From positions 170,068,001-170,132,000 of the forward strand of contig NC_058368.1 in assembly GCF_018350175.1 (NCBI RefSeq): DNA of 64,000 bases. Reading direction: 5' to 3'. Both the position numbers and the translations under genes were made by a program. The DNA comes from Felis catus (Eukaryota). Position 1 is the first letter of the stretch; the number at the start of each line of letters is the position of its first letter. The notes beneath the pieces were generated by a model. That model was not told where the DNA came from. It saw only the letters and a list, made by a program, of their open reading frames with translations, and ran no database searches. Shown one piece after another: positions 14,301 to 27,905 of this stretch.

Positions 14301-17299
14301 TCTTGCTGCTTTTAAAATTCTTTCTTTACCACTACTTTCTGCTATTTTAATTACTATATGTCTTACTGTGGACTTGTTGGTTAATTTTGTTGAGGATTCT
14401 CTCTGCCTCCTGGATCTGGATTTCTGTTTCCTTCCCCAGATTCAGGACATTTCCAGCTATTATTTCTTCAAATTCATTATGCTCCATTTATCTCATTTCT
14501 TCTTCTAGGATCCCTATAATGCAAATGTTATTATGCCTGATGGTGTTGCTGTGTTCCCTTAGTATATTGTCATTTTTTATTATTGTTTTTTGTCTCTCCT
14601 GTTCAGCTTGACTGATGTCTCTAGGTGACTGTTCTCTAGGTGACTGATGTGTTCTTCTGCTTCCTCTAGTCTACTATATATTGCATCTAGTGTATTTTTA
14701 ACTTTATTTATATAGTTCATTTCTAATGAGTTATTTTTTATGTTTCCTATCCCTTTGTTAAGGGTCTCACTGGGGTCCCTCCACACTTTTCTCAAATCAA
14801 GTCAGTATCTTTACAATGATTAAATTCCCTACCAAGCATGTTACCTCCATTTCATTTAGGTCTCTTGCTATGGTTTTGTACTATTCTTTCATTTAGGATA
14901 TATTCCTCTATCTCTTCATTTTGTCTCACTCTGTCTCCCTCTGTATCTGTTAGGAAAGTCAGATACGCCTCCTGAACTTAAAAGTAGTGGTCTTATGAAA
15001 AAGAGATCCTGTAATGCCCTGCAGTCCAATGTCCCCTACTTACCAGAACCTGGCACTTCAAGGGTGTCTCCGGTATGTATTGCATTATGTACCCTGCTGT
15101 CGTGGCTGAGCCACTTTTGCCCTCAGTCCAGTCATCTGCGATGGCTCTCTTTGCCTATTGTGGACAGGGTTTGGTCCCTGTGTTAGGGGCAGTCTTGGGC
15201 CACTTGAGTTTAAGTTGAGTCAGAACAGGTATTTGCCAGTGATGCAATAGCACGGAACGGCAAGAAACTGCAGGGGCGGGGCATGCAGTGTCAGTAGTTC
15301 ACACTGGTGGGAGGAAGTCTGTAGCTGCCAGGGCCCTAGGCAGGCCAGGTTGGAGAGGGAAGATCTAAGGAAGCCCAGGGAGTTGGGATGCAGTGTAGCA
15401 AAGTTTTGTACAGTTTGCTGAGGGAGGTAACCTGGAGCTGAGGCCTGGCTGGAAAGGCCATGTCTACAGAACAAGGTGGCATAGCATGCGCTGTTAGCAA
15501 GTCAGGTGGTGAGTGCTGTGCTGTGGTGGTTCCCATAGGTATCTCTGTGTCTAGGATGCAGATTGGGGAAGGAAAATGGCACCTGCCATCCCCTTGTTAC
15601 TGGAGAAGTCTCCCAATGGTCTCTGCCCCTCCAGCACACTCTCTGAGATTAGTAGACAAATCTCCCTCCCAGGTATTTTTCAAACTGCTGCTTCTGTGCT
15701 AATCTCTGTGGGGCTGTTTTTTGTGCTGTCTCTTTAATGGTGCTGACTCCCTCTCCCAGCTTTTCTAAGAGCCTTCTGATTTTTAAAATTCCAGCTTTTA
15801 AGGCCCACTGATTATAAGAACTCGTGAAATTTGGCCCCTCTCGTTTTCAAAGCCAAATGTTACTGCTACATCTTCCCCATTCTAGTTCCCTTTGCCTGGG
15901 GTTTGAGGTGTAGGGTCTGTTTCTCTCCCTTCCCTATGTCCACAAAGACCCTCCATCTTGAGAATAGTCCTGCAGGTCTGCTTAGCTCCTTACCTTCCTT
16001 CCTGGTCTCTTCCCTTCCTACCCTATTTGATGTGGACTCTTGTCCATACTTGTTTTCTGAGTTATTGACACTGATATGTCCATTACCTAGTTGTATCTTT
16101 GGGACAAGGTGAGGCTAGGATCCTTCTACTCCACCATCTTCCCTGGAACACTACTATACTTTCTATAAAATACTTACATTAAGAAATTAAGAATGGAGTT
16201 AACTCTAAGTTTCAGAGTGCTTTCAACCAAAATAGAGACCAAGAAGGAATAGTTACATTGGGAGAAAGCCATTAGACTCTATGTTCTTTGAGGACAGTGA
16301 TCTATTATGTAGTTCCAGAAACTATCATCCAGCCAATAGTTCTACTAGCAGTGAACACTGAATCAAATGAAACATATATTTCAGTCTAATTGTTTTAAAT
16401 TTGTTACAAAATTGAATAAAAATAGTGTTACATAAAGTATAATTTATGTTTAAATTATATTGACGTGACTTCTAAAATAGTTTTAAAATCTGAAAAAATG
16501 GAGAAGAAGTAAAATGTGTTACATCGCAGATATGTCTCTTACACAGAGTGGGGAAAGAATCAAAAGGAGAATATGATGCAAAATATTTTTTGTACACTCG
16601 TAATTTTTGACATATAGAATTTTTTGAGAAATTGGAATGTAATAATGAAAAGAATTAAAAATAGAATGAATATATGCCATCCTAAGCATGGGGTAAATAA
16701 AAATAGGAATAACAAATTCTACAGAGAAAATACACAATAAAAACAAGAAATCCTACAAAACACAGCAGACAAAACAAAAAGAAGACATATAAATTGTAAC
16801 AATAAAAGTAAATGCCATTAATTCCATAATAGCCAAGGGAAAAATTAAGTGTAACTTAAAAGAAACTGTTAAAATTAGACTACATTTTAAAAAGAAAAGG
16901 AATTAAGATAATTTGTTAGAAAAAAAATCAAACATTAAAATATCAAGAGTTGCAACACTGTTTCTAGATGAAGTTGAAATTTAGGCAGAAATCATTAAAC
17001 AGCTCATAGACCATAATGTTATATTGACAAATGGCACATTTGACAACTAATGCATTGTCCATTGACTATTTCCATATACACTGAAAATGACTGGAAGGAG
17101 ATATGCCAAATTAAGAGCAACTTGCTCTTTCATGATATTGTTATGTATTCATGCCCATAAACATTTATAAAGGAAAATAGTGAAAGAAAGAAAACCTTCT
17201 ACAAAGTAAAATAAATGTAACTAATTTTTAACCTTTCTTCTTCCTTCTCAACATATCCAGTCCGTGCCACTGAATATGTCTAACCGTCCCCTTTTAAAA

Positions 17300-18100
17300 T
17301 TATTTCTCTGTTTTCTAAGATTTTTTTTTCTAGTCTCCCTCTTCTACTTGGGGTTTTGTCTTCTCTGGATTTTCTTCCCTCTAACTATAGGGATTATTCC
17401 AAAGATTTCTCTCCTTGCTGTTACCTCCTTCCTTATAATCATGTGGATATAACTACTGTCTCTCCCCAGGAAGTTTTTATTACCTCTTTACCCTGCTTCT
17501 GCCTTTGCAACTACTTGGTGGGCACCTCTACTTGAACACCTTGTGACACCAAAAACTCAGCACAGTGTATCTAAAACTGAAGTTAATTTAGTGTCATTCA
17601 TCATTCATTAAATGACTATGTAGCACCTCGTCTGTATCAAATTTTTAGACTACAAAGTCAGTTCTTGCCTTCAAAAGGCTAAGAATTTAATGGGTCCTTC
17701 TAAAAATTTGGCCCTCTTTCTTCTCTCTTTTGGTAAAAAAGCACTATCAACTTCTGAACTATCTAGGCTAAACATCTCTGGCTTGCTTTAGTAAGTTAGT
17801 AGTTAATTAACCTAGTCAGTCAGCCAGTCAGTTTACTCTTCTCCCTCTCTTGCTTTTCAAATACAAATAGTGGCCCAAGTTATATTTTCATTTTTCTACC
17901 TGTCTTCATCACTACTGGCTACTCTCTATTCATACTTCACAAGCCTCACCTGTATTTTTGAAATAGCCTCGTGAATTATCTCATCACCTCCAAATCTCTG
18001 TACATTTGATTCATCTCATCTATTGCCCATTCAATCTTGCTGAAGTATATAACTCTTGGATTCACCCTCACTTTTTCAGGCTTAGCACAAGTGCAAGTAA
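17300..18100 (+). mobile_element. L2 LINE fragments
   Basis: 'aaaactcagcacagtgtatctaaaactgaa', 'aaatagcctcgtgaattatctc', CT-rich L2-like sequence. Confidence 0.55.
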
Positions 18101-19944
18101 ATTGTGGCAGTGACATATCATTAATTAAACATTTCCTATTTCCAGCAAGACGTTTTCTTTTCCTTCTATAGCCTTACCTTCCTTATAGCACTTATTATTC
18201 ATCCTTAATGTTATGGGCATTTATGAATAGCATTTATTGCACACTTGGTATTTTTAAAGCTCAATAGTATGATATATTTCCAGTATGAGATCTTTTTCTA
18301 AAAACAAGAATTATAATTGTTATTTCCTTATAGTTCAGAAGCTTGCTTAAGAGAAAATTTGTTACAAGAAAGTGCTAAAATACTGAAAGAAGTTCCAACT
18401 ATTATTTTTGTTGACTCTGGCTCAATAGCACAGCATGTTCTAGCAAAGTAAACTATCGAAGACTGAGATTTTTTTTTTAAACATCTCACTTCTAAAGTGT
18501 CTGCAGAATCTTGGCTTAAGGAAATAAACTAGTACGATCTTTACGACTCTAGGAGAATAATAGTTGTCCCCCTTGCCACAAAAATATTAAGTATACTTAA
18601 GTATGACATGGTACATGAACTGATTTTATAGCAATGTCAGATGATTAATAATTAGACATTAGGAGGAACAAAATATATTTTGTACCAGACAACTGATACA
18701 GTTTTTGACTAGTTGGTTGGTTAAACTCTTGTAGCTTCTTAGTTTCACCTCAGTGCCCTTCTCAATTCTAAACAGTATAACACAGTACATTTTTATTTGA
18801 AGAACCCATCCGGACTGCTTAAATTTCCTTGGGATTGATTTTGCAGCCTCTAAGTACAGGTAGTAGTTGGTTCTGTGTGCACACACAAAAAAACTTTGAA
18901 TTGATTTAAAATGAACCAGGTCAGTGTAGATCAATTTAGGCCACAACGAGCCATGAGGAGATGCAAATTAGGATTCTCCTACTGAGACAGAAAATAGATT
19001 CCATCAAGTCTTCTCTAAGCAGATTCTGAAAATGTATCTTAAAAGGGACAGCTATAAAAATTCCAAGATTACTGTAGCAATTTGAGTAAGAGAAAATGGA
19101 AGATAGGACAGGAAATAAAAAGATATCTTAACACAAAAAAATTTCCCAACATATAACCTAGTGTTTTTAATCAGTTTAGGAGGAAGACACCATTGGAAGA
19201 AAAAAATAAAAGAGCAATGTACTAACGATTTTAGACCACCTGCACTTGTCAACCATAATTTCTCCTGCAAAAGTGATAAAGGGCAGTTCCAAATATGATA
19301 GAAAACACTGCATGTGCATGCATATATTCTTTCCCGTGTGTGAGGTACTTAACAGACACTTTTTGGTTTTCCAGGTGCTTTACAAAAAAGCTAATAGCTA
19401 ATTCATAAAGCCCCCGCACCAAAAACTGGAGCTGACTTTATTTGAGGGTCGCATTGCTATCACACACTGATTGTTTCACTGATGTCGTGAGATCAAAATA
19501 TGGAAAGTGGAACTGATTTTACAATTACTTTTGGTGTATTTCCCTGTAGCACAATGAGCGGTTTCAATTTATTACCAGAGTGAAGTAGAGTCCCCATTCT
19601 GACAACCCCAGGTGTAAGATACTTCACTTTAAATCTCTATTGTTTAACTTTAGAACTATTGGATAATAAGGTGCTCCTTAAGGGTATCTTCATTGGCAAA
19701 CATGTTTTAGTTTGGGTGAAACTATAGATCACCCAGTTTAAGGATCTTAGCCCTGCCTCTGCCACTAACTAGCTGGGTGTAACACAGCCTTCAGCCACTC
19801 AACACTTTAATCTCCTCATCTCAGCCTCTCATTTGAGCCCCTATTACCTTGTCTGAACTCCCTGAGCTTTAGTCAACCTGTTTAGTTCTTTCACTGTTTC
19901 ATTTTATAACAACCAAGACTCTGTTTTAATACCATAAGGCAAGA

Positions 19945-21760
19945 AATAAGACCAATATTATAAAACAAACACCTTAAGCAGTGTTAACTAGACTTCAGAA
20001 CAAAAACCATTACCAGAGCTAAAAAAAAAAACAAAACAAAACAAAAAAAAAACGACATTATGAAATGGTGGGGGGGGGAAATCAATTCACTAAAAATAAA
20101 AACAATCCTAATTATGCATGGACCTAAAAGCTGTGCTTACAAATACATGAAGCAAATATGGAAGTGAAAGAGAAATAGACAAATCTATACTTCAGATTTG
20201 AAGTATCCATAATACTTGGACACTTCAACAATTTTCTCCCAGCAATTAATGTGTAGCAAGCAGACAGAAAATTAATAAGGATATTAAAACCAGAAAATTA
20301 AAAACCGAAAATTAATAAGGATATTAAAACCAACACTATCAACTTTATGTAATTAACATTATAGAACATTCCAACTAACAACAGAATATATTTTCATGTA
20401 GGCATGGAAGATTCACCAAGACACAGTATTCTGAGCCATAAACCATAATACATTTAATAAAAATCATAAAAAGTCCATTCTAAGACTACTTAAAAACTTA
20501 AATTAGAAAACAGTAAAAGGAAGGTATCTGGAAAAATCTCCAAATACTTGGAATTAAACTACACCTCCTAAACAACCCATGAGTCAAAGAGGAAGTCATA
20601 AGAAAATGAGAAAACATTTTAAATTGAAAGAAAACAAATTTTTTTTAATTTGTAAAATGCAGTTAAAACAATGTTTAAAGGTAAATGTTTACATTAGAAA
20701 AAAAGAAAAAAGAAAAGGCCCCAAATTGGTGATCTAAGCTTCCACTTTAAGAAGGGAGGGGCGCCTGGGTGGCTTAGTCGGTTGAGCATCCGACTTCAGC
20801 TCAGGTCATTATCTCACGGTCTGTGAGTTCGAGCCCCGCGTTGGGCTCTGTGCTAACAGCTCAGAGCCTGGAGCCTGCTTTGGATTCTGTGTCTCCCTCT
20901 CTCTCTTCCCCTCCCCTGCTCATGCTCTGTCTCTCTCTGTCTCAAAAATAAATAAAAACATTAAAAAAATTAAAAAAAAAAGAAACTGGGAAAAGAAAAG
21001 CAAATTAAACTCTAAGTAGAAGAAAGTATAAATAAATATGGATGCAATAATCGATGAAATTGAAAGTGGAAAAAACAATAGAGTAAATGGAAATCAAATG
21101 CTTTTTCTTTGCAAAGATCAATAAAAATTATAAACGTCTAGCAAGACTTACCAAGCAAAAGAACACAAAAATGGAAGCTACCAATTATCAATATCAAACT
21201 AAAAAAAGAAACATTATTACAGATCCTATAGACATTCTAATGATAATATAATATTACAAACTATTTAATCCCTATAAATTCAACAGCTTAGATGCAATAG
21301 GCAAATTCCTTGAAAGGCAAAAACTATCAAAGTTCATTCAAGAAGAAATCAGTGTAACGTGACTACTCTAATATATATAAAGGAACTGAATTCTTAAAAT
21401 CCTTCCAAGAAAGGAAATACTGAACCCATTGGATTCAATAATTCTCCTAAACCTTTAAGAAAGAAATCATATCTATTCTACAGTAACTCTTCATGAAAGT
21501 AACACTTTCTAATTCATATTATGAGGCAGCACTGCTGAGATACTAAAACCAGAAAATGTGTTACAAGAAAAAAAAAACCTGTGGATAAATATTTTTCATG
21601 AACACAGACATAAAATTTTTAACAAAATGATAGCAAATCAAGTTCAGGAATATATAAAAAAAAGATGATAAATTATGAGCCAGTATGTTTTATTTCAGGA
21701 ATGCCATTTCAACACTGAAAAATCAATCATCATGATTACCATATTGCTAAAGAAGGAAAA
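19945..21760 (+). mobile_element. Old L1M ORF2 fragment (EN to start of RT), interrupted by a SINE
   Basis: Decayed ORF2 landmarks: 'acacttcaaca', 'attcaccaagac', 'aacaacccatgagtcaaagaggaagtca', 'ggcaaattccttgaaagg', 'tagcaaatcaagttcag'. Confidence 0.8.
20758..20981 (+). mobile_element. Can-SINE (feline SINEC type, tRNA-derived)
   Basis: ggggcgcctgggtggc head, B-box gagttcgagccc, (CT)n region, aataaa and A tail. Confidence 0.96.
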
Positions 21761-21847
21761 CAAATTACAAATGCCACAGTTAGGTAATATATATTATAAT
21801 GCATTCTAAAATTTGTATGTATTTTGCACATATTGGCAAAGAACAAG

Positions 21848-21850
<3 letters not shown>

Positions 21851-21882
<32 letters not shown>
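21851..21882. repeat. (GT)16 microsatellite
   Basis: Direct reading. Confidence 0.97.
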
Positions 21883-21885
<3 letters not shown>

Positions 21886-23629
21886 CACACATCCAATCAA
21901 AACACATGCACATGGTGGCAAAGTAGTCAGTAGCCTATATATATTCACTCAAAATTATGACAAAGGTAGTATATCCTGATCTGTCATCTATCTAGAGACA
22001 GAATCTTTATCACGATAAACTCCTTAAAGCTGGGAATCGTGTTTTTCTGCCATTGTTTATCATAACTTCTTATAAAGCAAGTTCTCCTTTATCTTAAAGA
22101 TCCTGTCTTAAAGATCTCTTAAAGATCCTGTGTGTGTTTATTATAATTGTTTTTTATTTTTTTCTTTTATTCTAGTTTCATCCTAATTTATCTTTCAACT
22201 GTTGATTTTCTCGCTAGTTCTCTTGTAGTATTCATTGGTGGGAATTTTGGTTGTAAGCTAATTTTAGGTTGATGTTTTAATTTCTCTCTTCACCCATCAC
22301 TTGTTTTCCTTCTCTCTCTTTCTTTGCTCAACCTTTCCTGTGTCTTTGTTTTTACAACCATTTTCTTCAGGTTGTCGCAGTGTTCTAGTGTTCTAATACA
22401 AAATAAGGTCACATGTTGGCTTTGTGGAGCTCTCCTTCTCTAGTGATATGAAGATACTGTAAATCAATGAGCCAAGAGAATCTTAGCTCAGTACCTCATT
22501 TAGAGCTTGTATCTGTGTCCTCTTAATCTCCTGGGAATGCAGCCTGATCTCAAGTGTAGGCTCAGGCAGGATTAATAGCAGCTATCTTCAGCCCCTTTGA
22601 AGAGAGAAGGGAAGCTGACAGAAATTATAGTAGTAGGCCTGACTACACCTCCCCATCTTATGTTGGGGTGCTTTTATTCTCTGATACCCCACAGCAGCTG
22701 AACCCAAAGAAGTCTCTAGCGGCTTTTGGCCACCATGCTGATCCCCACTCACTACTCTCCATTTCTTTTATGTTTTTTATATAAGGATAGGTTGTCCTCA
22801 TTTTTTGTATGATTATGAATTTTTACTTTTAAAACCATTTTTATGTACCTCCTATGTGTCTGGAGCAGTTAGAAGGGATGACATGCTCTGGGGCTTCAAG
22901 TATGTACTTCCTATGCTAGCTTGGTTAGAAGTCTTGTACCTAAAACACTCCAAATATTTGCTTAAGTGACTCATATAAATTTTGCCTAATAGGAAATATT
23001 GCAGTTATGTTATACTGAGTTATTTTCTTTCCCTTTACTTCCAGCACTGTGTATTACGTGAAATCAAAATGAGTGTCTCTTTGAGGTTAACAAGAATTAA
23101 GCCTTTGGGATGATTATCAGGCATCTTTGAGGCCACAAGACCATTTGATGGTATATGTAGAAATTGACTTAGGCACATTTCTGTTTCAGCCTTATTATTT
23201 TGTTTACATACTTACCTGTAGAAAATACAGATATTAGAAATCACATTTTGTGCTATTGCCTTGGAAACATCAACTTTCTGTTATTTTCAACTATATCAGT
23301 AGCATTCCTTGCCCCCTGATGCTAGGGAAAGTAGAACTCTCTGTAGACTACAAGGACCAACTCTTATTTGCACTAAAGCTTTTGTTCTTTGATCCATTAG
23401 CAGGTTGATGTCTCTTAATGTCAAAAGGTGCACAAAGCTTCAAAGACACATAGCACTAAGTTTGATCTTAAAAATACAAAATAAAAATTTTTTTTTAATC
23501 TTAGGAACAAGTCCTGTCTTTTCCCTTATACTAGTGAATTAAAAATATTACCAGTTCATGCCTTAGTGGCCATTTACATTAAAAATCAGCAGCTGTGAAA
23601 CAGGACCTCCTAATATTCTTCAATGTACT

Positions 23630-23961
23630 TGCCGTGCTAAGACTCCAAGAGCCTTGGTTTCTTAATGGTTTCTAAGTATCATTCCCCACTAAAAGGAACA
23701 AGGGCTCCTTGAAGAAATGGCTAACTTCAGAACTGGGCAGGAAACATAGAAGGTGAAAAGTATCTGGTTCTAGAAAGTCTGGAAGCACTTTTTTAAAAAT
23801 ACTGAGGGGCGCCTGGGTGACTCAGTCTGTTGAGTGTCCGACTTTGGCTCAGGTCATGATCTCGCGGTTTATGAATTCGAGCCCCTCCTCCAGCTCTGTG
23901 CTGACAGCTCAGGGCCTGCTTGGGGATTCTGTGTCTCCTTCTCTCTCTATCCCTCCCCCGC

Positions 23962-23995
<34 letters not shown>

Positions 23996-25216
23996 TCTCT
24001 CTCTCTCTCTCTCAAAAATATATAAATGTAAAAAAAATTTTTTTCTTAAATACTGAGATATCAAAATGACACAGGAATCTGACTGAAGGTCTCCCCTAGG
24101 CAATATACAAGACCAAGTAACGATGACAATAACAGATTAAAACTCATTGAGAAAAACAAGGATCAATAAAATTATAGGGTTATAAATAAGGGTTATAAAT
24201 GAGTAAATAATTGTATAAATAAGTAAAGAAGGAGAAAGGGAAAGCTCTTTTGGAAGAAAGATGACTCCTAAATGCAGTAGAAACAATAGAGATAGAAAAT
24301 TTTGCAACTGTGATTGCTGTGCAAGAAATATGAAACAAAAAAAATCAATGAATACTGAAACTAGTGGGTAGAGGTTTAAGAGCAAACGAGGTATTAAGAT
24401 AGTATCAAAATATTTTCTGATAAATTAATTACCGATAGAATATAGAGTAAGTCTATGGTGGAAAAATCTATTAGACACGACCTTAACCAAGAGTTGAAAA
24501 TTAAAATCACCAATAATCAAATAGACTAATATCCTTGATATGATACACTGAGAAGGACATATCCTTTCTGTGCTTTTGTTGCTAAAGATGAGTAACCTGA
24601 ATCTAATTATGAGGAAAAATTTAACTCCTATCATGTTTTGTTCTACAATGTAGTTTTCTGTCATCTGTAAAAATGTCAAGATTAAAAAAAAAACAACATA
24701 AAGGTTGAGGAATGGTTCCAAACCAAATGAGACAAGAGAGACATGACAATCAAATGCAATGTGTGATTCTGGACTACATCCTGGAGCGTGGGGAAAAAAA
24801 TTGCTATAGAAGAACTTTCAAAACAAATTGGACACATTTGAATATGGACTGTGAATTATAGGTTAGTACTGTATCAATTTCAATATCCTGATTTTGGTAA
24901 TTGTTCTGTGTTTATATAAGAGAATGTTCTTGTTCTGGGGAAATATACTGCAATATTTAGGGATAAAGGGACATGCTGTCTGAGATTTACTTTCACATGG
25001 TTTGGTAAATGTATGTGTGTATGACATACATACATCGTATGTGTGTTTATGTGGCTGTGTGAATAGATAGATGTATAGACAGGTAATACGCATTGCATGA
25101 TAAAATGAATGCAGCAAAATGCCAACAATCTATGATTCCAGAAAAAGATACATATGGATATCCTTTGTACTTCTCTTGCAAGTTTTCTTTTGTTTGATAT
25201 TGTATCAAAATAAAAA
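23630..25216 (+). mobile_element. Old L1 3'UTR (L1MC/L1MD-like), interrupted by a SINE
   Basis: 'cattccccactaaaaggaac.agggctcctt..agaaatggct', 'aaatgcaatgtgtgattctggact', 'tcaatatcctgattttggtaattg'; ends aaaataaaaag. Confidence 0.8.
23806..24047 (+). mobile_element. Can-SINE with internal (GT)n(CT)n
   Basis: ggggcgcctgggtg head; TSD aaatactga on both sides (23797-23805, 24048-24056). Confidence 0.95.
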
Positions 25217-25419
25217 GCTATCCCCCCTCCCAAATACTTGCATTAGAATGCTAAACATTTATTCCCAAAATATTACAAATATTATTTTGCTCAAATCATT
25301 TCTGAAGTAATGTTTTAAAAATCATCTTTGAGGATATGTTGCTACTTCTCACACACAAACACATACATACACACACACAAATGCTGTTACATATATCACA
25401 GTCGGATGTTTATTAGATT

Positions 25420-26145
25420 TCTTAAACTTTCTATGTCCCAAACATGTTATTTTTGCCCATTCAGTCCTGTCTTTTCCCTTGATCTCATTTCAAGTCATTC
25501 TTATTTTAGTGAAATGGCAAAGTTCTCCCTCTTGCTAAGTTCAGACACATGGGACTTATTCCAAAGATCCCATTTCCCCTCCTTTTGTCCATCTCCAATT
25601 CATCAGTATTTACTGTCAGTTCTACTTTTAAACACTCTTCTCTGACTCCACTATTTCTTCCCTCCTCCAGACTCTCTATCACATCTCACCTGCCCTACAG
25701 TGCCACCCTCCCACCTAATGTCCCTGTATCTCCTCTCGCCTCTGTGTTCTCCATCACACTGGCCTTCCTGCTGCCCCTTCCACAGACCAGGCTGACTGTT
25801 CTAATCTGAAGGCCTTTGTGGTTGCTATCTGACATACTCATTCTCCAAGAATTCACATGACTATCTCTTTTCATCATCCGGGTCTTTGCTCAAATATCAC
25901 CTCTTCTGAGAGAACCTTCCTGTATAAGGAAGCCATATTTTGCCTAACTTTTCATTCCATTGCTTGAACTTTTTCATAGCACTTCCCACACACTGAACTT
26001 ATGATAACAGTTATTTTTAATATAGTTATTTTTATTCCCACATTAAAAGAGCCAGAGAGGAGAAAATTGCCTCTTCAGTCTTTTATCAGCAGAGTACAGT
26101 ACCTGACAAATTGTAGATGCTCAGTAAATATCAAATGAGTGAAAA
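25420..26145 (+). mobile_element. L2 LINE 3' portion
   Basis: 'cactggccttcctgctg', 'gtctttgctcaaatatcacctcttctgagagaaccttcc', terminal 'gtacctgac...tagatgctcagtaaata...atgagtgaa'. Confidence 0.8.
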
Positions 26146-27619
26146 TGGGCAAAAGCTACACAATAAATACAGACTTGCAATGTTATTGCTATGGGACAAT
26201 AATATTACTCAATTCCTGAGTCAGCAGCTTGGGACTATGTTGATGGGGGCTGAAAAGTAGAAAAGATGGGGAGAGGAGAACAAGGGAGAAAACTACACAG
26301 CTTGATAAGACATCATGGAGGGCCAGATTTAGTCTGGGATCTAGACTGTGCTGCCACTTTGCTCAAAATGGCATTAATGTGTAGGTGGTTGCACCTGGAA
26401 GTATGGCATTAATGTAAATGATACCTAAGAGTCCAGCCCTGCTAACATATGGTATGACCTTTAAGTTCACATTTATTCAGGTGCACCACACAGCATCTGT
26501 CAGAGGATATACAGTTCTCATATTCCAAAACATCTTTATATAATGAGAGAAATCATTCCATATAGAATATAAATGAAGAGGAACTTTACATTTTGAACAG
26601 GAGACATAACCATGATAATATGAATCACCATAGCATTTGGAAAGACCTTAGAGTTAAACTTATATATACCATGAAACTAGCGCATATTATAGATCGTGAA
26701 ACTACTATAAAATTCCATTCTTCCAGCTCACTAACTGCAAATGTTTTCCAAGGACTTTGAGGGGGGAAATTAAAAGCAAAACATGCTAATGCCTATCCTG
26801 ATAATACTTTCACCGGAAATCAGCCAAAGCCTTGGACAGGCTTCCCTAAGTCAGTAGCATCCTTATCAGCAGACAGTTTTCCTGAAGAAAACTATCAAAC
26901 AAACCACACCAAGAAAAGCACTACCAAAAGGCAAAGATTTTCAATGTAGATACAGAGTGGGAAATCTGCCTTTACTTTCTAACACTGCATTAGCACACTG
27001 TCAAATGAATATGCTGATAGACAAAGACAGGGAAAACCAGGTCAGGAAGATCAGCCTGGTTGGGAAGCTGTCTTGATAAAATATTATATCGGTGAGGCAT
27101 CAAACTGGAAGTTCCTCAGAGCTGTGGTTATGTCTAGCTTTCTATTTGTCACTGGGACCTCTACCTGACAAAGCTGTCACATTCAACTTCTTAAGCCATT
27201 CCATCAGTGTCATCTATGATTGGTAGTTAACATCATATGACAAGGCAGTGTCCATGAAAGGGTAGTCTAGAGCCCAGACCCTTAACCAGCCCTGAAGTTA
27301 GGCTGCCTAATATGTCAGCTGGGTCCAATTTCAGTAAAGGGATCTGAATGTACCAGAACGTTACTTCTTATTCTCCTTAGAGTACCTCTTGTTTAAAGAA
27401 AATTTCAATTTCAATTTGCCATTTAAGTATACTGCCATCTCAGTATTTTGGTGTATAAATTAACATTTTAAAGGTTGCTTTAACAGTTCGGCAATTCCAA
27501 ACGTCTAACACATAATACACAGCTACTAATTTAGGAACTTAAACTAAATAAATAATCAAATGTGCCCAACCATCTATCTACAGATTCACTCATCAGTGCA
27601 TTGTTGGTAAAAGCAAGAT

Positions 27620-27905
27620 GGGATGTCATGTACAACATGGTGACTATTGATAACACTGCTACGTAACACATAGGAACGTCATTGGGCAAGTATTCCCTAA
27701 GAGTTCTCAGCACCGGGGGAAATTTTTTCTTCCTTCTTTTCTCCTTTCTGTTTACTTTATCTATATGAGAAGATGGATGTTAACTGAGCCTATTGTGGTA
27801 ATCATGTCACAAAATATGTGAATCAAACTACTGTGTTGTATGTGTAAGTTTAAGACAGTGATGTATAAGTTTAAGACATCCAATTCGTCGTTAAAAAACC
27901 TGGCA
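27620..27905 (+). mobile_element. L1 3' end fragment (L1MA9/L1MB-like)
   Basis: 'atgtacaacatggtgactat', 'gatggatgttaact...tattgtggtaatcat.tcacaa'. Confidence 0.75.

Larger units (their letters stand above)
9395..16148 (-). mobile_element. Near full-length older carnivore LINE-1, inactive
   Basis: T-rich tail and 3'UTR at ~9.4 kb; ORF2 pieces ('IGDFNTPLT', 'SRTDHILGHK', 'YYEAVVIKTVWYWH', '[11 protein letters not shown]'); ORF1 coiled-coil piece 'SRLEEAEEHISHLE'; GC-richer 5'UTR at 15.0-16.1 kb ending in ccaccatcttcc (reverse complement ggaagatggtgg, YY1-like L1 start). Confidence 0.92.

Noticed and set aside
23045..23150. Coding exon after the strong acceptor ttttctttccctttacttccag
   Set aside because: No good donor, the longest frame ends in a stop, and the peptide is unrecognisable
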